Notes under the pieces: model-generated | Seen by the model: the letters and a program-made list of their open reading frames with translations, nothing else | What the model was told of the DNA's origin: nothing | Database searches by the model: none | Assembly: GCA_963705725.1 (NCBI GenBank) | Contig: CAVPKM010000015.1 | Span: 1-49,574, forward strand | Direction: 5' to 3' | Source: an uncultured Gammaproteobacteria bacterium | Lineage (GTDB): Bacteria; Pseudomonadota; Gammaproteobacteria; UBA6002 | Length of the DNA stretch: 49,574 nt | In this document: in pieces, positions 36,501 through 45,423 of the stretch | Position numbering within the stretch: position 1 is the first letter of the stretch | Layout: each line of letters begins with the position of its first letter | Translations under genes and position numbers: made by a program

Positions 36501-37806
36501 AGCAACTATTTACAGTTATGAGCAAGATAGGAACCTAAATGTGTTCTCAGAGTTTATGTTTTTACACGACTATGATGTAATTAATTTGCTCAAAGGATTG
36601 CCTAGTATCGGACATAATGTATTTAATGAAGCCATATATCATCAGTTAGAAATAGCAGTAATTACTAAAAATCTAACAATGATTAATGCGTACTTGGATA
36701 ATTTTAACCTTTCGCCGCGCTTTGCTTTTGAAAACAAGGCTCAGTGTTATTCTTATTATTATTTCTTGTATTTAAAACTTTGTCGCAGCATTCTAACTAG
36801 ACAAAGAGGTCAAAATATTCAGGATTTTTATAAAAATTACATTAAAACAGCAGATGAGATAGTAATGTTTGATAGAGACGGGAATCTCTTATTTAAGGCC
36901 AACAACCAACATGTCCCATATCAACTTGCTATACATTACTATGAAGCATTAGCGAGGGGCCTCTTGATCACAAACGATCAGTACACAAATAATGTTCAGG
37001 AAATGATATCTTATTATCAAGTATTCCGTGAGCAGTTAATTAACTCGGTAAAGTTTAATGTAGATGGTGAACCGTCGCTTAATCTGTTCAGTCTTAATAA
37101 TGCTCTGCCTAGTTACTACATCTATGCAGTGTTATTTGCTTATTCTATTGAAGCTTCAAGAAATTCTGGACTATCCATCGATATCGGTGTTCAAAGAGCC
37201 TTTGTTAATAGCCTAACTTATAGGAATAATCAATTCGTTTTTGTAGGTTTTGACAATGCCACTCCACCTATACAGTACTTACAGTCTGTTCAACATGCAT
37301 TACGCGCTATTGATGCTGTTTCAGGACTCAGCGCTCGAGATTGGACGATATTGATTCAGCTTGTTAAAAGCAACCAGATAAATTTGAGTGATTGTCTTGA
37401 AAACGGATTGAATTTATCTGATGCAGATTTTGTTATATCAAAAATTTATCTCGATGAGAATAATTATCAGATGCGTTTCAAAGATTCTAATGAAGTGGTT
37501 CCGCCGGGTTGTAAAGAATTTTTCACAGATATTATCAAGCAACAATATCCTACCGCTGCCGCTAAGGGTAAAGATATACCGTTTGCTAAAATTCTGGGAG
37601 CGGTACATTACCCAATACCGCCGCGTAATCCTACGCGTAATGCCGACATTCCAAAGCCGCCATATCCATTCAAGAATTACAAAGCAAATGAGATTAATGA
37701 TAAACAAGTAACATCTAGTTTGTTGGCATGGTTAACTCTAAGAAAAGATCTTGCTGTTGAGGAAATTCCTGAAGCGGAGATGTCGCCATTGATCCCAGTA
37801 ACCTAA
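30553..37806 (+). CDS. Giant (2417 aa) orphan, predominantly helical protein; candidate secreted effector
   Basis: Uninterrupted 7.25-kb ORF with GAGGGG RBS; L/E/K/N-rich; no signal peptide or obvious TM segment; acidic C-terminal EEIPEAEM; function is inference only. Confidence 0.85.
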   Translation: MIDSTTRVFVFDQKEFEKAKKELLRLAEENGINLRDALETYATPEHPEINQYAQILDGLLAVQFTPTYIEKIRSLRNAFLKEWLAIWQIEEDGERKQKINQALLKLKKTLLATFKSNLNESEIRLHIEALRVNNDLWKVNGFFDWVLNAITLSSDKQKLGKTAMDSHRGVHLDGKKIKKRSTDSQEQVQYFRQKLREKNLDNTLIDFLASTLNQGDLLKAPYYNLDPFITFLRTQRPPANLRSGSWSVDLEIESSASVFITMRQAYSKSSIVYEEMHSFPSGYPTETAYEGIVKLRVNLQPGPGVTPAVNVEPVEGYTDIYDLKLKSEFFTHNSKNALAKLREGQRLLVNDQLAIKQHLAKFKADNGELALTSPSLIDIENESFLLLMLESRQQAECLLMANQELQKTFFKRSIDEVLQDLQLVADKYPLSQIVRNLLERYQQIYQSINNQDLQAIEKGLKDNEYTAVVQNCLLSVTEVGFIKKLVNISEINTRLNVAVLTSFACKNQGIANKLLQPTKWERFKFWCKKAFGLAGNDSALPYKRFASPHLTELLATYPDLWDRSNFRPRVGPRLRFFNFSPNFYKKLRGIDLRRLVEINGPRNATWYAAADRVFNDIELYNRTFPQPKRKSNADLLAQYYLNNTQVTLCDLATHCPQNLRKLHEQLTDAQLAIFYITKINQDYESQSPLGRSLFLINDLWSDKQRTANVEWSSQIPDDKKPIVKNAAIHELAKVNLEVDKVGFRAKESLPPVISLAEFYLLEPFIHGYHQKIENNDQDRESVFSSQAMQALQTAILNQNESFGLFLTPGAGNFTFSINQDCAQLNDNQPLFLTLFEKDATNADLNAAKEAFKKLIKSSPSLYCLLKTAVSNLPQENFEIIKIKEELFASEEPARETIESYQLAKKVFQNRDFLELLAKFPNLYRYVDRLAASARFKLHMRSEQDLLLFNTVWEITLNRKDNVTLLELTRLLPKERFYDWLEANPEKGDILINQLTTDEDFYREFIAGQSDNRFKDFLIDKALSRLNEGNVDVIVSLLLNCPELGLHYLKGLSQEGGLKQELFAKFMNLVSESDLTFVISRYPTILESIQNSELFQNYQGKIKTAFLNAEAMIPDNKKLTLILINPEIKGWIQEIWNQRNKTIEQEQLRKALKKTDAPNQIGEFLLKELQLGRMDNALFILQDFQLMSKFLSINTPMLSTLIMQIYDQLKDDAALFTHVLLKVLIMDSGLLKYLSSNAEDGNILKKLTVTGEVNLLATLFLTGKPDISNPEWNQALTRILNSDIDLFVRCLPHLKEQQKFGRWLFALPGRAILFRIMSVSQEKIDQSLIIEYITNGAYQGRDLVNWLHEQMTAPNEHQDEPNLRNLLSDHEEARKVFINKAKKCSDLIIDILLAELYNLGLDPLTPLAKSLLHAPFFDYIFETASQEALEKFFSFAIQKFQGQYTEILTNKIFKILSMALMKKPIFQRLVSSEKMMTDCLSCIFDSAVKEPYQYVLLKALQEEQSLHVIAELNNKTNLIEALCRHASGNYLIELFLATLTLAEKNVETKTMDEIIRALCNKKVFEQMFNENVNPNLQHKLFLYLFDYARSANGSEPRMKKIKNGLIQLKLQKQTRVQDRIVQVSSPNELIDLWLRDGIDLQQRANKKHSHLLVEESSSQEEETNVNSMTYIRRASETRYFTKIFDNDQALCDVLLYADEKKLLELFDREPEYLRRFLMLCQQPETAERGEIALLKQRLASSEKFAELMMTCLIDEQNLQLQLMDESLPIYLNYLSAIKNNPNLLFFENGELRTVYINYFFLNGSTEDIANLLSAVESVRGTPNKLIDYLFAKLMLKDNSSPREIRLAHKLIDDFRPSNNGQQLISLLFSTKHTFRNLEKLMLDSVNKTIGYKLEDYLLTYLETQPSEILELFKDDAKAFVDFFVIGAKQEKRFLLLLINKHPDSSLLQALYSQFVKRSENEMAGKGLGRVLNNFLFNDFTASEIATIYSYEQDRNLNVFSEFMFLHDYDVINLLKGLPSIGHNVFNEAIYHQLEIAVITKNLTMINAYLDNFNLSPRFAFENKAQCYSYYYFLYLKLCRSILTRQRGQNIQDFYKNYIKTADEIVMFDRDGNLLFKANNQHVPYQLAIHYYEALARGLLITNDQYTNNVQEMISYYQVFREQLINSVKFNVDGEPSLNLFSLNNALPSYYIYAVLFAYSIEASRNSGLSIDIGVQRAFVNSLTYRNNQFVFVGFDNATPPIQYLQSVQHALRAIDAVSGLSARDWTILIQLVKSNQINLSDCLENGLNLSDADFVISKIYLDENNYQMRFKDSNEVVPPGCKEFFTDIIKQQYPTAAAKGKDIPFAKILGAVHYPIPPRNPTRNADIPKPPYPFKNYKANEINDKQVTSSLLAWLTLRKDLAVEEIPEAEMSPLIPVT

Positions 37807-37811
37807 TTTTT

Positions 37812-37840
37812 AAAAAGCCCAGCAGTTAGCTGGGCTTTGT
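37812..37840. terminator. Bidirectional intrinsic terminator between convergent genes
   Basis: AAAGCCCAGC-agtta-GCTGGGCTTT perfect stem with A and T tracts on either side. Confidence 0.85.
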
Positions 37841-37844
37841 ATAA

Positions 37845-38516
37845 CTAGGCGGGATTACAACAACCTACGATTACATTACCCTGAAAAACAATAAAAGCGT
37901 CATACTGATAACTTTGTCCAGGCATCCCCATCCTGCAGCCAGCAGCATTATGATTAATTAAAATTGTAACATGCTTGCCATTCTTACTGGCAGTGTATGC
38001 CTTTAAATTCCCGGTACTGTCACCGATGGGAGTAATTGGTGTAATAGATTTTATATTAAGATCTTTAATCTTTGCCGAAGAAAAAGCAATCGAGTTATTG
38101 GCAATGGATGCGGTCCACGAAGAATTCATTCCTGTGCACATAAAAGCAGTCGGCAAGGTAGTAGTGCCCGTGGTTGAAGTCATTGCGGGTGTAGTGGTCA
38201 TGGGATTCGTTGTTGTTCCCATATCATTGGTATTATTCATTCCTCCTTGACTAGGTGTCGTAGAGACATCTGTTGAGACAGGAGTGGCGGCGGGGGCAGG
38301 CGCTGTGTTTGTGTTGCCATAATCTATACCCGTCGAGCCAGAAGTCGTACTACTGGGAGCCATCACATTTCCAGGTGCTGAATTAGTTGCTGGAGCAGTA
38401 GCTCCATTTGGGGTGTTAGGAGCTGTCATGGTATTTCCATTTATTGTGCCTTGAGCGTAGGCAGCCCCCATGTTAAGTAGTAGTACAACGCTTGCCGTTG
38501 AGATTTTTTTCATCAT
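37845..38516 (-). CDS. Exported protein: signal peptide, T/N/P/S-rich linker, C-terminal COG3650-like Cys domain
   Basis: MKKISTASVVLLLNMGAAYA signal (AYA cleavage site); CTG...W, C.MGM...Y.YDA, GCC pattern; GGAGG RBS. Confidence 0.7.
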   Translation of the reverse strand: MMKKISTASVVLLLNMGAAYAQGTINGNTMTAPNTPNGATAPATNSAPGNVMAPSSTTSGSTGIDYGNTNTAPAPAATPVSTDVSTTPSQGGMNNTNDMGTTTNPMTTTPAMTSTTGTTTLPTAFMCTGMNSSWTASIANNSIAFSSAKIKDLNIKSITPITPIGDSTGNLKAYTASKNGKHVTILINHNAAGCRMGMPGQSYQYDAFIVFQGNVIVGCCNPA

Positions 38517-38606
38517 TATTCATTCCTCCAAAGTAGTTCCATTACTTATTGCAGTGAAAAATAATTATAGCAGTAACCAGTAACTTCTATTTTGGATGTG
38601 CCGAGC

Positions 38607-41360
38607 TTACTCCAATTTATTAATTACTTGATATCTTTCACGAAGTTTTATAAGCGCAGCTTTCATTTCAATAGCGCGCTGCTTTTCTTGTGCTACTACA
38701 TGAGAAGGAGCTTTTTGCACGTAGTTGGAATTGTTGAGTTTTTGTTCTGATTTTTGTAAATCGATGGTTATTTTATTGATTTCCTTTGTTAATCGGTCTA
38801 ATTCGGATTGCTTATCAATCAAATCCGCTAAGGGGACAAAAACTTCAAGTTCATCAATTAAGGCAGTAGCCGCAGCTTCAGGGGGATGAGTAATCCAAGA
38901 GAGGTGGTCCACCTTGGCAAGGGCTTTAATATAAAGCTGCATCCGCTCAGTTCTATCCTTAGCAAGGGGTGTGCCTTTATGAAAAAAAATAGAAATGGAT
39001 TTGGAAGGGGAGACATTCATTTCGCCACGAATGTTGCGAATAGCAATAATAACACGCTTAAGCCATTCCATATCCTCATCAGCTGCCTCATTTAATAAGG
39101 CAGGATCAAATTTCGGATAGGGTTGCAGCATAATCGTTCCTTGAAGCAGTAGGCGCTGAGCAACTCGTTGCCAAATTTCTTCAGTGATAAAAGGCATCAA
39201 AGGATGGATCAGCCGTAATAAAATTTCCAGAACTTGCAGTAACGTTTTCCTGGCGCCTGCTTGTAGTGATACCTCATCAGAGAGATAAAGGATAGGTTTT
39301 GAAAATTCTAGATACCAACCGCAATATTCGTTCCAAATAAACTCATAGACGGTTTGCGCTAATAGATCAAAGCGATACTCTTGGAAACATTGATGAACTT
39401 TTTGGATTGTGAGTTGAAGACGATGTTTTATCCACTTATCTGCAATTGAATAGGAAATGCGATCAGGATCGATAAGCGAGGTTGTTTCAGTATTCATTAA
39501 TACATAGCGAGCAGCATTCCAAATTTTATTGCAAAAATTTCGATAGCCTTCTATGCGACTGAGATCAAATTTTATATCCCTGCCAGTAGATGCTAGGGCA
39601 TAATAAGTGAAACGCAGGGAATCAGTTCCAAAAGGTAAAATACCGTCTTTAAATTCTTTAATTGTCATCTGCTTGATATGCTCAGCATTTTTTGCATGGA
39701 TTAAATGTGCAGTTCTTTTTTGGATCAATGCTTCAAGTTCGATACCATCGATTAAGTCAATCGGATCCAGAATATTGCCTTTTGATTTGGACATTTTCTG
39801 TCCTTCAGCATCACGAACCAAGCCGGTAACATACACCGTCCTAAAAGGAATTTGTTGATTAAATTTTAGTCCCATCATAATCATGCGGGCTACCCAGAAA
39901 AAAATAATATCAAAGCCAGTGACAAGCACGTTTGTGGGGTAAAAAGCAGATAAATCACGCGTTTTTTGTGGCCATCCAAGAGTGGCAAATGGCCAAAGCG
40001 CAGCAGAAAACCAAGTATCCAAAACATCTTCATCTTGCTTCAAGGATAGGGTAGGAGGCAAATTATATTTATTTCTTATTTCAGACTCATCGTTGCCAAC
40101 ATAGATTTGGCCCTTATCATCATACCAAGCAGGAATGCGATGACCCCACCATAATTGTCTGCTAATACACCAATCTTGAATATTTTCTAGCCATTGATAA
40201 TAAATTTTTGTCCAAGATTCGGGAACAAATCGAATTTCACCTTGTTTTACCGCGTCTAGAGCGGGTTGTGCGAGGGGTGCGGTTTTAACAAACCATTGTT
40301 GTGTGATATAGGGTTCAATCACAGCGCCCGAACGCTCTGCGCGCGGCGTGTTGATTACATGCGGCATAATTTTAACGATTAACCCAAGAGCGGTTAAGTC
40401 ATGCAAAATTTTTTCTCTTGCAACAAAACGATCAAGTCCTTGATAAGTGGCAGGGACCTGGTCATTTAATTTTGCATCAGGCGTAAAGATATTTATTAAG
40501 GGAAGCTGATGGCGATTGCCGATGGCATAGTCATTAAAATCATGAGCCGGGGTGATTTTTACGCATCCCGTTCCAAAATCTATGGCAACGTCTGAGTCGG
40601 CAATAATGGGTATCTCACGATTGGTCAGCGGAAGTTGTAAATGCTTTCCGATTAAATGTTGATATCTCTCATCTAGAGGGTTGACTGCTACAGCCACATC
40701 ACCTAATAGGGTTTCAGGTCTGGTTGTAGCAACGACTAACTCTCCCTGCCCTTCAACTAATGGATAGGATATATACCATAACGTCCCTTCTTCCTCTTTT
40801 GATACCACTTCTAAATCAGAAATAGCAGTTAATAAAACAGGATCCCAATTGACTAGCCGTGTGCCACGATAAATTAATCCTTCTTCATAAAGAGAAATAA
40901 AAACAGTTTTAACCGCTTCGTTCAGCCCCTCGTCCAAAGAAAATCTTTCCTTTTCCCAATCGACTGACGCACCCATGCGGCGAAGTTGTTTTTTGATGGT
41001 CCCATCAGATTGTCCTTTCCACTCCCAAACTCTTGTTAGAAATCCTTCCCTGCCAAGTGCTTGACGGCTTAGCCCTTCCTTGGCTAATTGCAATTCCACC
41101 ACGATTTGTGTTGCAATTCCGGCATGATCCGTTCCAACTTGCCAATGCGTGTTGTAGCCTTGCATGCGATAGTAACGAATTAATGCATCCATGATGCTGA
41201 TTTGAAAACCATGCCCCATATGTAAGGTTCCCGTTACATTCGGAGGCGGGAGCATAATACAGTAAGGTTCACCCTCGAAGGTAGGTTTAAAATAATTGGC
41301 TTCTTCCCATACTTGATACCATTTTTGTTCGATTTGTTCAGGTTGATAAGTTTTATCCAT
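38607..41360 (-). CDS. valS: Valine--tRNA ligase
   Basis: [13 protein letters not shown] (HIGH), [18 protein letters not shown]-terminal coiled coil. Confidence 0.98.
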   Translation of the reverse strand: MDKTYQPEQIEQKWYQVWEEANYFKPTFEGEPYCIMLPPPNVTGTLHMGHGFQISIMDALIRYYRMQGYNTHWQVGTDHAGIATQIVVELQLAKEGLSRQALGREGFLTRVWEWKGQSDGTIKKQLRRMGASVDWEKERFSLDEGLNEAVKTVFISLYEEGLIYRGTRLVNWDPVLLTAISDLEVVSKEEEGTLWYISYPLVEGQGELVVATTRPETLLGDVAVAVNPLDERYQHLIGKHLQLPLTNREIPIIADSDVAIDFGTGCVKITPAHDFNDYAIGNRHQLPLINIFTPDAKLNDQVPATYQGLDRFVAREKILHDLTALGLIVKIMPHVINTPRAERSGAVIEPYITQQWFVKTAPLAQPALDAVKQGEIRFVPESWTKIYYQWLENIQDWCISRQLWWGHRIPAWYDDKGQIYVGNDESEIRNKYNLPPTLSLKQDEDVLDTWFSAALWPFATLGWPQKTRDLSAFYPTNVLVTGFDIIFFWVARMIMMGLKFNQQIPFRTVYVTGLVRDAEGQKMSKSKGNILDPIDLIDGIELEALIQKRTAHLIHAKNAEHIKQMTIKEFKDGILPFGTDSLRFTYYALASTGRDIKFDLSRIEGYRNFCNKIWNAARYVLMNTETTSLIDPDRISYSIADKWIKHRLQLTIQKVHQCFQEYRFDLLAQTVYEFIWNEYCGWYLEFSKPILYLSDEVSLQAGARKTLLQVLEILLRLIHPLMPFITEEIWQRVAQRLLLQGTIMLQPYPKFDPALLNEAADEDMEWLKRVIIAIRNIRGEMNVSPSKSISIFFHKGTPLAKDRTERMQLYIKALAKVDHLSWITHPPEAAATALIDELEVFVPLADLIDKQSELDRLTKEINKITIDLQKSEQKLNNSNYVQKAPSHVVAQEKQRAIEMKAALIKLRERYQVINKLE

Positions 41361-41778
41361 TATTTTTATCCAATACTTGTAGTGGGCAACCCAGTTGTTG
41401 ATATTTTTTATACTTGATTCGACTCATTTTCTTTGCAGTTCCATCTTCCAACACGAACTCAATGATATGCTCATAATCTGTGTAATTTTCTAAAATATGG
41501 GACGTTAAGTTTATTAATATTCCTTGATGCGTGAGGGGTGTTTCAAGGTGACTAATTAAAATGGGAGCATCATGCCCATCATTTTCAATCACTAGATGCG
41601 GCAAGAAACTTTCTATGCGATATTGCCATAAATATTGATCAATCTCATTCGAGCTATCTAGAGAAGGGGTGGCAATTAATACGTTATGCCCTGCTGAGAT
41701 CGCTGTTTCAAGCAACTCAGGGAAAAGCGGGTTCCATAGCGTTGCTTGGTTAAATATATAAAAATTTACATGTGGCAT
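41353..41778 (-). CDS. holC: DNA polymerase III chi subunit
   Basis: VNFYI, IDQYLW...SFLPH, ILINL, R.KYK.Y...G; immediately upstream of valS. Confidence 0.9.
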   Translation of the reverse strand: MPHVNFYIFNQATLWNPLFPELLETAISAGHNVLIATPSLDSSNEIDQYLWQYRIESFLPHLVIENDGHDAPILISHLETPLTHQGILINLTSHILENYTDYEHIIEFVLEDGTAKKMSRIKYKKYQQLGCPLQVLDKNNG

Positions 41779-41913
41779 TGAAACCCCAAATATACCTTCA
41801 CGAAGGGTATAGGTTAAAGTGACCAGTGATAACGAGGAATGATAGACAAAACGAAGAAAATAGTGAACAATATCCCTTTCCTCTGTGCAAATTACTTACT
41901 TCAGGTCCTGTAA

Positions 41914-42996
41914 ATGGGTCTTATTCTTCGTTATCTAGCTAAAGAAACTTATACCACCATGCTTGTTGTAACAAGCTTTTTAGTGCTGATCATTATGTCC
42001 CATCAATTCGTTCACTATCTTGCCGATGCAGCGGGTGGCCGGTTAACTGCGCAAGCAGTTTTACAAATGATGGGTATTCAAATTCCTCTATTGCTAGGTT
42101 TTATGTTGCCGCTTGGCTTTTTCTTAAGTGTGTTATTGACCTATGGTCGTCTTTATGTTGACAACGAGATGACAATTTTCCGCACTTGTGGATTAAGCAA
42201 GGGAGATATTTTGAAGAAAAGTCTTTATTTAGCAAGTGGCGTTTTCTCAATTGTTGCGGTTATTATGATTTGGATTGAGCCAAAAATGGCCTGGTATAAG
42301 GACCATATTATAGCGAAAGCCATCGCTTCTTCTCCCATCGAAAGAATCTCAGCAGGCAGATTTCTGCTCGCAGGAAAATGGATTCTCTATACCGAAGAAA
42401 TGAGTAGAAATCATAAAAAAATGTTTAATATTTTTGCTACCACGCTAAATATGGATAAAAGCTCTCAGCAGAATACTGCGGTAGTAGATGTGGTTGTTGC
42501 TCAAAATGCTTATCAAAAAACTACAGCTAACAAAGAGAATTTTATTGTTTTAACTAATGGACGACGCTATATGGGGGTGCCGGGTGAAAAAAAATATCAA
42601 GTAGTTAAGTTTGCTGAATATGGTGTCCGCCTGCCAGAAAAAGCAGTAGAGCTAAGGAAAATTGAAGAATCACAGTCTATTAACCAGTTATGGCACAAGC
42701 GAGGCCATTCTGAAGCCAATGCAGAGTTACAATGGCGTATTGCAATGCCATTATCGGTTATCATTCTCACCTTGTTTGCTGTCCCTTTAAGTGAAGTTCA
42801 ACCAAGACAAGGTCGTTTTGGTCGAATGTTTCCGGCGGTGATGATTTATATCCTGTATATCAACTTGCTTTTTTTAGGAAGAGCCTGGTTGGAAAAATCC
42901 ATGATTCCCCAAAGTCTTGGTCTTTGGTGGATCCATGGTTTAATGCTAATATTGGCTTTATGCATTATTATGATTAAATTTCGTAGACTTGGTTAA
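41914..42996 (+). CDS. lptF: LPS export ABC transporter permease LptF
   Basis: RYLAKE, GRLYVDNEM, L.NG.RY.G.PG, AELQWRIAMPL, PRQGRF. Confidence 0.95.
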   Translation: MGLILRYLAKETYTTMLVVTSFLVLIIMSHQFVHYLADAAGGRLTAQAVLQMMGIQIPLLLGFMLPLGFFLSVLLTYGRLYVDNEMTIFRTCGLSKGDILKKSLYLASGVFSIVAVIMIWIEPKMAWYKDHIIAKAIASSPIERISAGRFLLAGKWILYTEEMSRNHKKMFNIFATTLNMDKSSQQNTAVVDVVVAQNAYQKTTANKENFIVLTNGRRYMGVPGEKKYQVVKFAEYGVRLPEKAVELRKIEESQSINQLWHKRGHSEANAELQWRIAMPLSVIILTLFAVPLSEVQPRQGRFGRMFPAVMIYILYINLLFLGRAWLEKSMIPQSLGLWWIHGLMLILALCIIMIKFRRLG

Positions 42997-43000
42997 TATA

Positions 43001-44065
43001 ATGGTTATTTTGAACAAATATATCGGTAAAAGTATTCTCAGCTCCATATTGCTAGTGTTAATGATTTTAGTGGGAATCGAAAGTTTTTTGTTGCTGGCAA
43101 ATGAATTAAAAGATATCGGAAAAGGAAATTTTAGTTTTTTTCAAGCCTTAAGCTTATTGCCCTTAACATTGCCGACGAATATTTATGAACTTTTTCCGAT
43201 TGCTGTGTTAATTGGGAGTTTAATCGGGCTTGGCAAGCTTGCCAGTCAAAGCGAGCTTATTGTCATGTCAGCAGTTGGCATTTCCTATTGGCAAATCATC
43301 AGAGCGCTGTTATTTGCTGCTTTAATTTCGCTAATTATTGCTTTGATAGTGGGAGAGGGCATTGCTCCCCATGCGCAGCATCTCGCTAAAAATTTGAAAT
43401 CTATAGCAATGAGTGATGGCAAGACCTTGGCAATTGAGAGTGGCATTTGGTTTCGAGATGGGAATAATTTTATTTTTGTTCGTGATGTGATGAAAAATAA
43501 CCAATTATCGGATATCACGCGATACCAATTTGATGAAAAGCATCAACTTAAATTAATCAGCCATGCACAAAAAGGTATTCATCGTGGCGATGGCTGGTAC
43601 TTTAATAATGTCAGTCAAACCAGGCTGTTACCAAAAAAAATTATGAGTTGGTATTACCCATTACAAAAGTGGAATATTACTTTAGATAAGCGCTTGATCG
43701 GCATTACAAAACTTTATCCAGATCAAATGACACTTCAGCGGCTCTACTCATATATCCATTTTCGGCATAATAATGAGCTAGGAACCGGTGCTTATGAGTT
43801 TGCTTTTTGGAAAAGAATTATGCAGCCCTTTGCCACCTTAGTCATGATTTTCCTTGCCGTGCCCTGCATATTTGGACCGCTTAGAACAGTTCCAATGGGG
43901 CTTCGTATAGTGGCGGGAGTGATTATGGGTTTTAGTTTCTATCTATTAAATCAGTTTCTTGGTCCGGTGAGTCAAGTTTATCAAATTTCTGCTTTTCTTG
44001 TGGCATTAGTGCCGACTGCAATATTTGCCATGATTGGTGCTTTTCTGTTATTTTTGAAGACTTAG
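43001..44065 (+). CDS. lptG: LPS export ABC transporter permease LptG
   Basis: LGKLASQSELIVM, GIWFRDGN, FGPLRTVPMGLRI; follows lptF. Confidence 0.95.
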   Translation: MVILNKYIGKSILSSILLVLMILVGIESFLLLANELKDIGKGNFSFFQALSLLPLTLPTNIYELFPIAVLIGSLIGLGKLASQSELIVMSAVGISYWQIIRALLFAALISLIIALIVGEGIAPHAQHLAKNLKSIAMSDGKTLAIESGIWFRDGNNFIFVRDVMKNNQLSDITRYQFDEKHQLKLISHAQKGIHRGDGWYFNNVSQTRLLPKKIMSWYYPLQKWNITLDKRLIGITKLYPDQMTLQRLYSYIHFRHNNELGTGAYEFAFWKRIMQPFATLVMIFLAVPCIFGPLRTVPMGLRIVAGVIMGFSFYLLNQFLGPVSQVYQISAFLVALVPTAIFAMIGAFLLFLKT

Positions 44066-44075
44066 CGAGTATAGG

Positions 44076-45398
44076 GTGAAAAAAATAATGCAAATAAATA
44101 AAGAATATATAAAAAATAATGCGATGGGTTCTACGATAAAGGCAAATCGTTCCTATTTTGCCTGGTTAATTTGGGGGCTTGGCGCTGCTTTTTTCTTGTC
44201 CGAATATTTTGCTCGTATTGCGCCTGGCATCATGGTACCCGAGTTGATGAGTGCTTTTCGGGTTAATGCATTAAGCTTAGGCTCACTGTCAGCAATATTT
44301 TATACCGCCTATTTAAGCATGCAAATGCCAGTTGGCACCCTAGTTGATAAGTTTGGCCCTCATCGCTTGTTAACCATTACCTCCGCGATTTGTGCATTTG
44401 GTTGCTTTTTGTTTGCTTCATCTGATTATTTGGCTTTGGCCAAAGTTGGCCGTTTTCTAATTGGTTTTGGTGCAGCCTTTGCCTTTGTGGGTACCTTGAA
44501 ATTGGCAACAATTTGGTTTTGTCCTTCTCGCTTTGGATTGCTTTCAGGCATGACTCAGGCGCTTGGAATGGTTGGCGCAGCCGTAGGAGCAGGTCCACTT
44601 TCCGTTTTAGTCCATCATATTGGTTGGCGCTATACCATGTGGTTGATCGGTGTGATTCTTCTCTTTTTAGCCTTTTTAATTGGCTTAATCGTTCGTGATC
44701 AACCCAAATCACAATCACGAGTCACCCTTTGCCCCATGGATAAAAAACTTAAATTTTTTAATGCCTTTGCCATTGTCTTAAAAAATCCACAAAGCTGGTT
44801 CAATGCCATTTATGCCGGACTCGTCTATGCCCCTACTGCGGCTTTTGCAGAATTATGGGGAGTCAGTTACCTATCTCGGGTTTATAATATTAACCAGACC
44901 GTTGCGGCTAATGCGGTGAGTTGTATATTTATTGGCTTAGCGATAGGTTGCCCCATCACAGGATGGATTTCAGACCGTATTAAACGCCGTCGACCAGTCA
45001 TGTTATTTGCAGGAGTCATGAGTTTAATTTTTATGTCCAGTGCGCTTTATATTCCACACCTAACAGTGGTTGGTTTATTTGTGTTGCTTTTTTTGTATGG
45101 TATCGCCAATGCGGGTTTTGCTACTTCTTATGCCTTAGCCGGTGAAATTAATCCTCGGCGTGTTGCTGGAACCTCCCTAGGATTTGCTAATATGGCGTCA
45201 GTAATTGTCGGTGCTTGTTTTCAACCCATTATTGGCTGGTTTCTTGATTTGCAATGGGATGGTCAGATGTTCAATAACGCACCGATCTACTCTGCCCTGG
45301 CTTACCGTCATGCTATGATGGCACTGCCGATTTGTTTAGCACTCGGCGTGCTTTTTACCTTCACGGTAAAAGAAACACATTGTAAAGTTATCGAATAA
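44076..45398 (+). CDS. MFS transporter, Pht (phagosomal transporter)-like
   Basis: About 12 hydrophobic segments; MQMPVGTLVDKFGPHRLL motif A and GWISDRIKRRRP; N-terminal WLIWGL...EYFARIAPGIM pattern. Confidence 0.85.
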   Translation: MKKIMQINKEYIKNNAMGSTIKANRSYFAWLIWGLGAAFFLSEYFARIAPGIMVPELMSAFRVNALSLGSLSAIFYTAYLSMQMPVGTLVDKFGPHRLLTITSAICAFGCFLFASSDYLALAKVGRFLIGFGAAFAFVGTLKLATIWFCPSRFGLLSGMTQALGMVGAAVGAGPLSVLVHHIGWRYTMWLIGVILLFLAFLIGLIVRDQPKSQSRVTLCPMDKKLKFFNAFAIVLKNPQSWFNAIYAGLVYAPTAAFAELWGVSYLSRVYNINQTVAANAVSCIFIGLAIGCPITGWISDRIKRRRPVMLFAGVMSLIFMSSALYIPHLTVVGLFVLLFLYGIANAGFATSYALAGEINPRRVAGTSLGFANMASVIVGACFQPIIGWFLDLQWDGQMFNNAPIYSALAYRHAMMALPICLALGVLFTFTVKETHCKVIE

Positions 45399-45423
45399 TT
45401 TATTTACTCAAAAGATTAAAACA

